Both the position numbers and the translations under genes were made by a program. A model generated the notes under the pieces. The model was not told the DNA's origin. It did not search any database and worked only from the letters and a program-made list of their open reading frames with translations. A stretch of 40,182 bases of DNA, from NCBI GenBank assembly GCA_964442255.1, contig CAYTYC010000001.1:66526-106707 (forward strand), read 5' to 3'. Origin of the DNA: an uncultured archaeon. GTDB taxonomy: Archaea; Iainarchaeota; Iainarchaeia; Iainarchaeales; 1-14-0-10-31-34. Below are positions 9,747-17,811 of this stretch, piece by piece (within the stretch, counting starts at the first letter, position 1; each line of letters begins with the position of its first letter).

Positions 9747-10514
9747 TTTTCCCCTTACAAAGCCGTCAAACGCTCCAACCGTTTTTTTGTAGTCTTCCCT
9801 TCTGAAGGCCAGCACATAGCCCAGCCCCACAAACGCCCCGAAAACGTGTATCAGCGCATCGCTCGGCGTTTTCTCTTCGCGCTGCCGTCCTTCCTCTGTT
9901 TCCGCAATCTTTTCCTTCACAACCCCGATTTGCCTATTCAAATCCTGCGCCCTGTTCAAATCCCCCTCAAGGATTGCCTTGTTCTGGTTCTCCCTTATTT
10001 CTTTTACCTCTTTCTCCATTGCCTTCCTGCTTTCCTCAAAAATTTTACCGTAAGCAACAGTTCCCAGCCCGAAAAGCAAAAGCATTGCAATGAACGCAAG
10101 CACAGTGTTCTTTGGCTTAACCATGAACGCGGCGGCAATCATTCCTGCCGTTCCGCCGCTTGCCCCAACCAACGCGTACTGCGGAAAAACAAGGAGAAAA
10201 GCGGCTGCGGAAATAAAGCCTGAAAGAAAAAAAATTCCCACAACATGTTTTCCCTTTAGTGCGCGCTCCAGCACCAACCCAAAAACAAGGAAAGAAACCG
10301 AGTTCAATAAGAGGTGGCTTGCCCCAATGTGCACGAACATGAAAGTGAAAAGCCCTGAAGGCTGCCGTAAATAGAATTCCAGTGCCTCAATCTTTTCCAA
10401 CGGAATGAAGAAACCCATGTTTGAAAGGAAAAGATATGAGAGAATGAGCGCAGAAAACAAAATAAGGGTGGCTTTTGCTTTCTTCACTTCGTCCAAAAAA
10501 ATTTTTGTGTCCAC
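9744..10514 (-). CDS. rhomboid family intramembrane serine protease
   Basis: TFMFVH...HLLLN, VGASGG (catalytic Ser), IHVFGAFVG (catalytic His). Confidence 0.88.
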   Translation of the reverse strand: MDTKIFLDEVKKAKATLILFSALILSYLFLSNMGFFIPLEKIEALEFYLRQPSGLFTFMFVHIGASHLLLNSVSFLVFGLVLERALKGKHVVGIFFLSGFISAAAFLLVFPQYALVGASGGTAGMIAAAFMVKPKNTVLAFIAMLLLFGLGTVAYGKIFEESRKAMEKEVKEIRENQNKAILEGDLNRAQDLNRQIGVVKEKIAETEEGRQREEKTPSDALIHVFGAFVGLGYVLAFRREDYKKTVGAFDGFVRGK

Positions 10515-10530
10515 ACAATCATTTTAGCTT

Positions 10531-10548
10531 AAAAGTTATATATAAATA
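10531..10548. promoter_or_regulatory. BRE/TATA-like element between divergent genes
   Basis: AAAAG-TTATATATAAATA about 35 nt before the ATG at 10582. Confidence 0.5.
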
Positions 10549-10581
10549 CTCTTTCCGGCAGTCTTTTGGTTGGGATAGCGC

Positions 10582-12528
10582 ATGAAAATTTTTTTCGCAA
10601 GCCAGTCGTTTTACCCTTACATTGGGGGGGTTTCAACTTACCTGCTTAACCTTGCAACCGGGCTGAAGGAGCGCGGCCATGAAGTTGCTGAAGTGCAGCT
10701 CCGCCCTCCCCATGAATCTGGTGAAGAGGAAATAAAGCAGGTTAATGTTTACAGGGTGCCCAAAGAGCCGCTGGACAGAAAACAGCTCAAGGGCTACAGC
10801 AAATTCAAGGAAACGATTTACGATGAAGCCCACTGCTTCGGGAAAACCTTCAGCAAAAACCCCTCCGAAATGGAGGGGTTTGAGGAATACAATGAAATAA
10901 ACGATTTGATTGGTGAGCAGGTTTTTGAGCTAATGGAACAGCATCCCGCTGAAATAGTGCACGTGCAGGACTTCCAGCTCTTGTTCCTTTACCGCCACAT
11001 CCCACGGGGAGTGCCCACAATCCTCACCTGGCACATCCCCTTCAGCAGGCGGATGTCAAAAAACCTGCAAAAATTTTTGGTGTCGCACATGCAGGAATAC
11101 GATAAGGTTGTTTTTTCCTCCCCTGACTACATTAAGTCCGCGGTTAAGGCCGGGTTAAGGAAGGACAAAAGCGAACTCATTCACCCTATAGCCAACACAA
11201 GGCTTTTCAAAAAAATGAAAGTAAACCAGGAGGAAGTGAAGCAAAAGTTCGGGCTTCCAAAAAAATCCAAAGTCATTTTATGCGTGCAAAGAGTTGACAG
11301 AAAAAGCGGGCACAGCCAGCTGATAAAGGCAATGCCTGCAGTGCTGAAAAAAGTTTCTGACGCAAGGCTGGTTTTTGCGGGCGGAAAGTCTATGAGCTCA
11401 AAGATTTCATCCGCCAGGAGAAAATATGAGTTGCAGGTTGAAGGGCTGGTCAAGAAAAAAAACCTCGGAAAAAAGGTGGTTTTTGCGGGAAATGTCCCGT
11501 ACGAAAAGCTTCCCGAATTGTACAACGCGGTTGAGGTTGTGGCGCTTGTTTCAAGGGTTGAAGGGTTCGGGTTAAGCGTAACAGAGGCAATGGCGTGCGG
11601 AAAGCCGGTTGTGGGGACAAAGGCGGGTGGAATCCCCCTGCAGGTGAAAAACGGCTTCAACGGTTTTTTGGTTCCGGTGGGAAACCACAAGGCAACCGCA
11701 AAACGCCTGGCTGAACTCCTGGAAAAAGGAAACCTGAGGAAAAAAATGGGCGAAAATTCCTTGAAAACGGTTGAAAAAAAATTTGGCGCCCACATTGGAA
11801 TAGAAAAGCACATTGCATTGTATAACTCCCTTTTAAGAAAAAAATCCGAATCATGGAACCTCAGAATGCTTGACTTCAAGGACGTTTCGGCGATTTTAAT
11901 GGACTTTGACCGCACCTTAACGGACAGGCCCGGGGTTGTGAGAAAAAGCGTTCTCAACTACCTTAAAAAGGTGAAGAAGCCCAGGGTTTTGGTTACTGGA
12001 AGGAATTACCGGTACGTGCTTGGGCTGGAAAAAAAACTCCCTTTTTTTGACGCAATTGTTGCGGAAAACGGCGCGGTAATAAGGTTTCCCGAAAAAAAGG
12101 AAACCATTTTCATTGACTCCGAGCAGATGGCCGACGCAAGAAGGAAACTCAAAAAGGCCCTTTTCAGCGTGAATGCCGGAAAAATAATTGTTTCAACCGA
12201 GGCAAAAAACTCCGGAAAAATAAAGCGGTTTCTTGGCAAAAGCTTAAAGGAATTGGCATTTAAGAAAAACATTGACAACGTGATGGTTTCCCCAAAGGAA
12301 GCAGACAAAAAAAGGGGGGTCTTGTTTGCCTTGCAGCAACTGAACCTTGAGCCCGAAAAAACAGTCATCTTTGGTGACGGGGAAAACGATGTTGACTTAT
12401 TCAATGTTCCCGGTTTTAGGGTTGCGGTCGCAAACGCGGTCCCAAAGCTTAAGGCCCTTGCGGACCAGGTCACCTCCAAGTCCCGTTCCGCGGGGCTGAT
12501 TGAGGCGCTGCAGGAACTCCAAAAATAG
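10582..12528 (+). CDS. GT4 glycosyltransferase fused to a C-terminal HAD (Cof/SPP-like) phosphatase
   Basis: GT-B motifs HVQDFQL, TWHIP, EGFGLSVTEAMACGKPVV; HAD motifs DFDRTL, VTGR, AENGA, GDGENDVDLF. Confidence 0.88.
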   Translation: MKIFFASQSFYPYIGGVSTYLLNLATGLKERGHEVAEVQLRPPHESGEEEIKQVNVYRVPKEPLDRKQLKGYSKFKETIYDEAHCFGKTFSKNPSEMEGFEEYNEINDLIGEQVFELMEQHPAEIVHVQDFQLLFLYRHIPRGVPTILTWHIPFSRRMSKNLQKFLVSHMQEYDKVVFSSPDYIKSAVKAGLRKDKSELIHPIANTRLFKKMKVNQEEVKQKFGLPKKSKVILCVQRVDRKSGHSQLIKAMPAVLKKVSDARLVFAGGKSMSSKISSARRKYELQVEGLVKKKNLGKKVVFAGNVPYEKLPELYNAVEVVALVSRVEGFGLSVTEAMACGKPVVGTKAGGIPLQVKNGFNGFLVPVGNHKATAKRLAELLEKGNLRKKMGENSLKTVEKKFGAHIGIEKHIALYNSLLRKKSESWNLRMLDFKDVSAILMDFDRTLTDRPGVVRKSVLNYLKKVKKPRVLVTGRNYRYVLGLEKKLPFFDAIVAENGAVIRFPEKKETIFIDSEQMADARRKLKKALFSVNAGKIIVSTEAKNSGKIKRFLGKSLKELAFKKNIDNVMVSPKEADKKRGVLFALQQLNLEPEKTVIFGDGENDVDLFNVPGFRVAVANAVPKLKALADQVTSKSRSAGLIEALQELQK

Positions 12529-13722
12529 TCAGCTGAAGCCGTTCAGCATTTTAAGGTAATCCAGGAGATGCCTTGTAACCAGAAAATGTTTTTTCACGTG
12601 TTCCCTTCCGTTTGCCCCCAGCCTTTCCCGAAGCTTTTCATCTTTAAGAAGCTGAAGGGTTTTTTTCGCGCATTCCCTGTTGCTTTTCACCAAAAAACCG
12701 GTTTCCCCGTCAATCACCTGCAATGGAATGCCCCCCGCATTTGTGGCAACAACAGGGGTTCCCTTCCACAGTGCCTCGCTTACAGTAAGGCCAAATCCTT
12801 CCCTGGTTGATTTTTGGAGGACGACGCCTGAAGCCCTTTGCAGCACGTTAACAAGAAAGCTGTTCTGTTCCGTTATGAGGTGGATGTCTTTTTTTCCGTG
12901 AGCCTTTTTAACGGTTTTTTCGTAAATCCCCTGGCTTTCAGGGTCGTCCACGGCGGTTGAGCCCATTAAAACAAGCTGGCAGTTGCATTTCTTTTTAATC
13001 ATCTCATACGCTTTTATCACTCCAACAGGGTCCTTCCATTTGTCGAAGCGGGAAATCTGGGAAACAATGGGCTTGTCCCTGTCAATGCCTTTCTTTGAAA
13101 GGTATTTTGTCACCCTTTTTTCCGTTGTTTTCCTGTTTTTGCTGCTTAAGGGGTCAATGGATGGCGTGATTGTGGTTTGTGGAATGGATGCGTTTTGCCT
13201 GAATGAATCCATTGAAACAACCATCCTGTCGTACATTTGCACAAAATGCTTTGCGTATGCCCACATTTCTGTGTTGGGCTTTGACAGGTCCACGTGGCAC
13301 CTCCAAATCCAGGGCTGCCTTTTTTTATAGAATTTTATTAAAGGCAGGGGCTGAATGTCGTGCACTATTATGAAGTCGGAGTCGTCTATGTGCGAAATTA
13401 ATGACATTGCCTCGTTGAATTCCATGTAAATTTTTTTTTTCAGCTCCGAGAGCCGTATTTTTTCCCCCTGCAGGGCGTTGTGGAATTTTTTTGTGGTGGT
13501 AAAGAATTCCGGCGAACCCTTCATCACCCTCCAGCCGCTTTGGATTCCTGCGTCGTTCATAAGGAAAACAAAATTGGAAAGGATTTCCGCTACCCCGCCC
13601 CCGTAAAGGGTGGAGTTCACGTGCACCAAATGCTTTTCCTTGAGCGGCTCCGCCTCTTTTCTGATTTCCTGTATTGCCGTCTTTCCCGCGACCCCGGTAT
13701 AGTCCCTTAATTTCCTAAGCAT
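12529..13722 (-). CDS. treT: trehalose glycosyltransferring synthase TreT-like (GT4)
   Basis: HVNSTLYGGGVAEIL, FFTTTKKFHNALQG, WIWRCHVD, SRFDKWKD, DDPE, QKSTREGFGLTVSEALWKG. Confidence 0.88.
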   Translation of the reverse strand: MLRKLRDYTGVAGKTAIQEIRKEAEPLKEKHLVHVNSTLYGGGVAEILSNFVFLMNDAGIQSGWRVMKGSPEFFTTTKKFHNALQGEKIRLSELKKKIYMEFNEAMSLISHIDDSDFIIVHDIQPLPLIKFYKKRQPWIWRCHVDLSKPNTEMWAYAKHFVQMYDRMVVSMDSFRQNASIPQTTITPSIDPLSSKNRKTTEKRVTKYLSKKGIDRDKPIVSQISRFDKWKDPVGVIKAYEMIKKKCNCQLVLMGSTAVDDPESQGIYEKTVKKAHGKKDIHLITEQNSFLVNVLQRASGVVLQKSTREGFGLTVSEALWKGTPVVATNAGGIPLQVIDGETGFLVKSNRECAKKTLQLLKDEKLRERLGANGREHVKKHFLVTRHLLDYLKMLNGFS

Positions 13723-13745
13723 GCATTAAATAGGCTTTTTCTTAT

Positions 13746-14762
13746 TTAAAGGTTTTTCCCTAAAAATTTTTTTTTCCCCGCCTTCATCAGTTCGCATGCA
13801 GAGTTTTCCGGAAACTTTTCGTTTAACGCCATCCCCGTGCCTTTTTCCATTCCGCCGTAAATTTTGTGGATGTTCGGCAAAAATTCAATGTAAAAATGCA
13901 CGTGCTTTTCTTTTTCATTCCATGAATGGAACACGGCATTATAGGGGAGGTCGCCGAAAAGGCCGAAGTAAGCATTCAATGTTTGCAGGTAAATGCCCGC
14001 AAGGTGCCTCAACTCTTTTTCGGTAAACTCCATCAAACACCGCTTATGCCTTTTGCTGACAACCCATGTTTCATGCGGCCAGAAGGATGCATAAGGGGCA
14101 ATTACCGTGAAAGAAGGGTTTTCAAACACCTTTCTTTCGCTTTTCCTTTCCTTTTTTTCAATTTCGCAGTAAACGCATTTCCCTTCTTTGGAGTAAAATT
14201 TTTTTGCGCCTTCCTCCTCTTTCCTTGCCGCCGGCGGAACAAATGGCACGCCAACTATCTGGGAATGTTCGTGTGAAAGCGAGGCCCCGCATTCTTTTCC
14301 ATGGTTTTTGAACAGCACCACGCGTTTTATTCCCTTCATTTTCCACAGTGCTTTTTCCCTTTCCCTGTAAACCTTCAGCAGTTCAAGCATTTCCTTTTGG
14401 CTTAACTCCTTCAGCAGACGGGAATGATTGTTTGTTTCCACAATTATTTCATGCAAGCCGAACGCGGGGGAATGCGAGTAAAAATTTTTTCCTTGTTCCC
14501 TGTGCTCCAATTCCTGGTCCAGTGCGCTAAACTTGTTTTCAAAAACCCTGTGCTTCCATTTTTTTCCGTCAATTACCGCCAGTTTTTCAGGGGGAGTCAT
14601 TCCCTCATTCCCCAAGCAAAAGGGGCAGTTCTTTTGCCTCGCTTTTTTCCCTTTTTTCGTTTTCCAGCGCTCTTTTCTGAAGTCCGTCGGCCTGTTTGCC
14701 CGTTCCTCCGAGTAAATAACCCATTCATCCAAAAAATAGTGTTTCCTGAACTCTTTGGCCAT
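13746..14762 (-). CDS. galT: galactose-1-phosphate uridylyltransferase family protein
   Basis: RANRP, CPFC.GNE, ENKFSAL, HEIIVE, FKNHGKECGASLSHEHSQ (HxHxQ). Confidence 0.9.
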   Translation of the reverse strand: MAKEFRKHYFLDEWVIYSEERANRPTDFRKERWKTKKGKKARQKNCPFCLGNEGMTPPEKLAVIDGKKWKHRVFENKFSALDQELEHREQGKNFYSHSPAFGLHEIIVETNNHSRLLKELSQKEMLELLKVYREREKALWKMKGIKRVVLFKNHGKECGASLSHEHSQIVGVPFVPPAARKEEEGAKKFYSKEGKCVYCEIEKKERKSERKVFENPSFTVIAPYASFWPHETWVVSKRHKRCLMEFTEKELRHLAGIYLQTLNAYFGLFGDLPYNAVFHSWNEKEKHVHFYIEFLPNIHKIYGGMEKGTGMALNEKFPENSACELMKAGKKKFLGKNL

Positions 14763-14814
14763 AACTTAATTAGCCCCTGTGCCTTTTAAACCTTTTCAGC
14801 GCAAAATTCTTTTT

Positions 14815-15153
14815 TCATCTTGCCCTGGCTAAAGCTTTCTCTTTTCTTTCCCCTATTTTTTCCAATGCTTTTTTCATCAGCATGTTGTCCAGTTCGATTA
14901 ACTCCTGCACCACAGGGTTTTCGGTGTTAAGCCTGTACATCTCGGCTTTGCCTACTTTTCTTGTGTTGGTTACGACTTTTGTCTTTTCAAGCCTTTCCCA
15001 AAAGGTTTCCAGGGTGTTCCATGAAACGTCCGCCTGCCTGCAGATGTCTTTTTTGCCGTAGTCGAATACGTCGTTTTCAATCAAAAAGTCCAATACCCTG
15101 ATTATCGGGTAGTCCCCAAAGAACTCCACGAAAAGGGATTTGTCTTCCGCCAC
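14815..15153 (-). CDS. winged-helix DNA-binding protein
   Basis: FGDYPIIRVLDFLI...KKDICRQADVSWNTL...RKVGKAEMYRLN; GTG start at 15153 inferred. Confidence 0.75.
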   Translation of the reverse strand: MAEDKSLFVEFFGDYPIIRVLDFLIENDVFDYGKKDICRQADVSWNTLETFWERLEKTKVVTNTRKVGKAEMYRLNTENPVVQELIELDNMLMKKALEKIGERKEKALARAR

Positions 15154-15218
15154 TCCAATCACGTTAGATAATAGACGATGAATTAAATTTAAATATTTTA
15201 CTCTTGGTGTTTCAATTA

Positions 15219-15722
15219 ATGAAACTTTCTTCTTTCGGGATTCGGAGGCGGATTCTGCGCAAAATGGTGCGGCACAGCCTTTGGGGCGGAAAGCATACGG
15301 CTTTTGACAACATCCCAAAAGGCTTTCCAAAGGAGTTGTGGAGAGAGGTAAAGAAAGAGCTGGAACAGCTTATAAGAGAAGGCTTGGTCGTGAAAAAATT
15401 TCCCGGTCTGGTGTNNNNNNNNNNNNNNNNNNNNNNNNNNNNNNNNNNNNNNNNNNNNNNNNNNNNNNNNNNNNNNNNNNNNNNNNNNNNNNNNNNNNNN
15501 NNNNNNNNNNNNNNCGCTCCATGTTTCGTCTCTGGAACAGCTTATAAGAGAAGGCTTGGTCGTGAAAAAATTTCCCGGTCTGGTGTTCCGCTCCATGTTT
15601 CGTCTCTGGAACAGCTTATAAGAGAAGGCTTGGTCGTGAAAAAGCCTACTGGTTATGGGCTGCACGTTTCACTTAATGTGAGAATGAAGGCGGAGATTGA
15701 GGGGATAATTTTTGGGGAATGA
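15219..15722 (+). CDS. small basic winged-helix-like protein of about 85 aa, disrupted here by a repeat and N gap
   Basis: Collapsing the repeat gives MKLSS...WGGKHTAFDNIPKGFP...ELEQLIREGLVVKKPTGYGLHVSLN...IFGE. Confidence 0.65.
   Translation: MKLSSFGIRRRILRKMVRHSLWGGKHTAFDNIPKGFPKELWREVKKELEQLIREGLVVKKFPGLVXXXXXXXXXXXXXXXXXXXXXXXXXXXXXXXXXXAPCFVSGTAYKRRLGREKISRSGVPLHVSSLEQLIREGLVVKKPTGYGLHVSLNVRMKAEIEGIIFGE
15360..15643 (+). repeat. 74-bp-period tandem repeat flanking an assembly gap (probable artefact)
   Basis: 38-nt gene segment at 15360, 15532 and 15606, separated by the same 36-nt sequence; 100 Ns at 15415-15514. Confidence 0.8.
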
Positions 15723-15754
15723 TTTGGTGGACGCGGAAAGAAACGGGCTTGAGA

Positions 15755-16075
15755 TTATTTGTCCGGCTTCGGTGGCTGTTTTTTCTTCTTTTTGTCGTAA
15801 ACCAAAATTGACAGGCAGGCCAGCAAGTAGGAAACTACAGGGTATACAACCATATGTAAAATAAAAACAGCAAATTGGGGTTCAGAATAAAATTTTTGTT
15901 CAAAAATCAACCACAAAAGTCCGCCCAAAAATAGGAAAGGGGCTAAAAAAGGCATTGGATACCAGCCACTTCCTCCGGGGTCAATGTACATAAATATGGG
16001 AAAAGGCGCGACAAAAAAAATTATTAAAAACGCCGAAATTTTTCTTCCATTTGGCTTCAGAAAGTCAAGATTCAT
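15755..16075 (-). CDS. small membrane protein
   Basis: Three hydrophobic segments, FLKPNGRKI start, Lys-rich tail. Confidence 0.7.
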   Translation of the reverse strand: MNLDFLKPNGRKISAFLIIFFVAPFPIFMYIDPGGSGWYPMPFLAPFLFLGGLLWLIFEQKFYSEPQFAVFILHMVVYPVVSYLLACLSILVYDKKKKKQPPKPDK

Positions 16076-16134
16076 TCTAACTTATATATAAATAATCTTT
16101 CAGCCAAACATTTCCTGAAGAAAGGAGGGATTGA

Positions 16135-16650
16135 ATGTCTGCAGAAGGAAAAAAGGTTTTGTTTGTGATTGCCCCGGAAAATTTCCGGGACGAGGAATTG
16201 TTTCACCCGAAAGAGGAACTGGAAAAGGCTGGCGCAAAAACAGTTATTGCTTCGCTTTCAAGGGGGGAAAAAACTGGAATGCTTGGCGGGAAGGCTGTAG
16301 CGGAACTTTCCGTTGATGAAGTGAATCCTAAGGAATTTGACGCAATCGTTTTCGTGGGCGGAACCGGAAGCAGCACTTATTTCCAGAACCCAAAGGCGCA
16401 TGAACTGGCGAAAGCGTTTTTTTCTGCCGGAAAGCCGACTGCCGCTATCTGCATCGCTCCAAGCACTCTTGCAAACGCGGGCCTGCTGAACGGCAAAAAA
16501 GCCACCTCCTATCCAAGCGAAAAAGGAAACCTGGAAAAAAGGGGAGCAAAGTTCACAGCACAAGGGGTTACAGTGGACGGAAAACTGATTACGGCAGACG
16601 GTCCGAAATCTGCAAGGGAATTCGGCAGGAAAATTGCGCAAGCACTTTAA
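16135..16650 (+). CDS. DJ-1/PfpI family protein
   Basis: FRDEELFHP, FDAIVFVGGTG, AAICIAP, ITADGP; GGAGG upstream. Confidence 0.93.
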   Translation: MSAEGKKVLFVIAPENFRDEELFHPKEELEKAGAKTVIASLSRGEKTGMLGGKAVAELSVDEVNPKEFDAIVFVGGTGSSTYFQNPKAHELAKAFFSAGKPTAAICIAPSTLANAGLLNGKKATSYPSEKGNLEKRGAKFTAQGVTVDGKLITADGPKSAREFGRKIAQAL

Positions 16651-16656
16651 AAAAGG

Positions 16657-16734
16657 TGGTGGGAGAGGAGAGATTTGAACTCTCGACCTCCCGGTTATCA
16701 GCCGGATGCGCTAACCAGGCTGCGCCACTCTCCC
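16657..16734 (-). tRNA. tRNA-Ile(GAU), CCA encoded
   Basis: Reverse complement GGGAGAG-TGGCGCAGCCTGGTTAGCGCA-TCCGG-CT-GAT-AA-CCGGG...GTTCAAATC...CTCTCCC-A-CCA. Confidence 0.96.
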
Positions 16735-17006
16735 ACAATTATGCGTTAAATTGCTGAAACTAAATAATTCGCCAGAATAAGCTTTAAAACAGAATCCGTA
16801 AATCCCTTCTCGGGTTCATCAGACTAAATTCTGCCAGGAAAGGAATAAAAAGCTAATGAAGCCGCGAGGCAGAGTTCTGCCGCTCTTGAACGGCTGGTGA
16901 ATGCCGTTTCGCGCGGCTTTTAAGGAAAACATTGCCGGAAGCCATAAAGTGCCGGCGCTCCCGAGCGCCAGGAATCTACTTAATTCTTTTCCAGCACAGT
17001 TTTGGC

Positions 17007-17453
17007 ATGGGTCTGCCCAAACTCTTCAGAAGAAAGCCTTCCGCGCTTCACGCTTACAGGGGAATGCGGGTAAAGCCCTTAAGCCTGGGCGGTTTTCTGG
17101 GTTTAAGGGATAACCCCTTAAACAGTTCACTTCCGCTGATTGCAAGGAAACGCATTGTTCCTGCCAGGGGCGGGGAAAAAATTGTTTTCTCTTTGCATGA
17201 AACGGCCCCTGAAAGGGACTGGCTTGGGAGAAAGGTTTTGGCTGAAAGAGGCCCTGTTTCAAGCGTGAGCCTGTTTGTTCCGGCAGACAAAAGCAGGCCA
17301 GCCGCAGGCGGGGCATTCACTGCCCCAAAATACCAGCGCATGGGCCTGGCAAAGCATTTAAGCAGCTTGAGGGAAAACGAGCTAAGCGCAAGAGGCATAG
17401 AAAATTTTTTGCCTGAAGGCAGAATGCGCCAGAGGGGAGAGCCAAAAAGATAG
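17007..17453 (+). CDS. basic orphan with GNAT acetyl-CoA-binding motif
   Basis: FTAPKYQRMGLAKHL fits GNAT motif A; MGLPKLFRRKP N-terminus. Confidence 0.55.
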   Translation: MGLPKLFRRKPSALHAYRGMRVKPLSLGGFLGLRDNPLNSSLPLIARKRIVPARGGEKIVFSLHETAPERDWLGRKVLAERGPVSSVSLFVPADKSRPAAGGAFTAPKYQRMGLAKHLSSLRENELSARGIENFLPEGRMRQRGEPKR

Positions 17454-17568
17454 GCTGCATAACCTTTAAATCTTCTTCAACCCTATTTTTATTGTGCATC
17501 TTGGGTGCAGCCCCGTAGCCGGGGAACCTTTTAAGAAAAGGTTCGCCAAAAAACAGGCTGCGGAGCAC

Positions 17569-17811
17569 AGCCCCGTAGTCTAGCGGCCAAGGATGCAGGG
17601 CTTTGGAAATCAGAACCTGCGGTTCCGATACCTCCCTTAATTTTCGGGGGAGGCGCAGAACCAGGGATCCGGTACCTCCCTTAAAACTTTCGCGCGAAGT
17701 TTGCACGCGGATACGTCAAGGGTTTTCCCTTTGGTCAACCCTTTATAAATATTTGTGGGAGGTTCTGGTTGAAGAAACCCTGTGACGGGAGTTCGAATCT
17801 CCCCGGGGCTA
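17569..17811 (+). tRNA. tRNA-Gln(UUG) with a 170-nt intron at 37/38 (17607-17776)
   Basis: Exon 1 AGCCCCG...CAGGG-CT-TTG-G; exon 2 A-CCCTG...GTTCGAATC...CGGGGCT-A; BHB formed by CTTT/GAAG helix, two 3-nt bulges and 11-bp helix 17608-17618/17760-17770; A1-U72 pair typical of archaeal tRNA-Gln. Confidence 0.93.

Noticed and set aside
11181..12479. Long antisense ORFs here and opposite most housekeeping genes
   Set aside because: Phe/Ser-rich shadow frames of Lys/Glu-rich genes.
15360..15643. CRISPR-like 38-nt repeat with 36-nt spacers
   Set aside because: The spacers are identical, the repeat is an in-frame piece of a protein gene, it flanks an N gap and no cas genes are present; most likely an assembly loop.
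17317..17785. ORFs 17317-17706 (-) and 17603-17785 (+) as intron-encoded proteins
   Set aside because: They overlap tRNA exons and structured RNA and show no homing-endonuclease or other motif.
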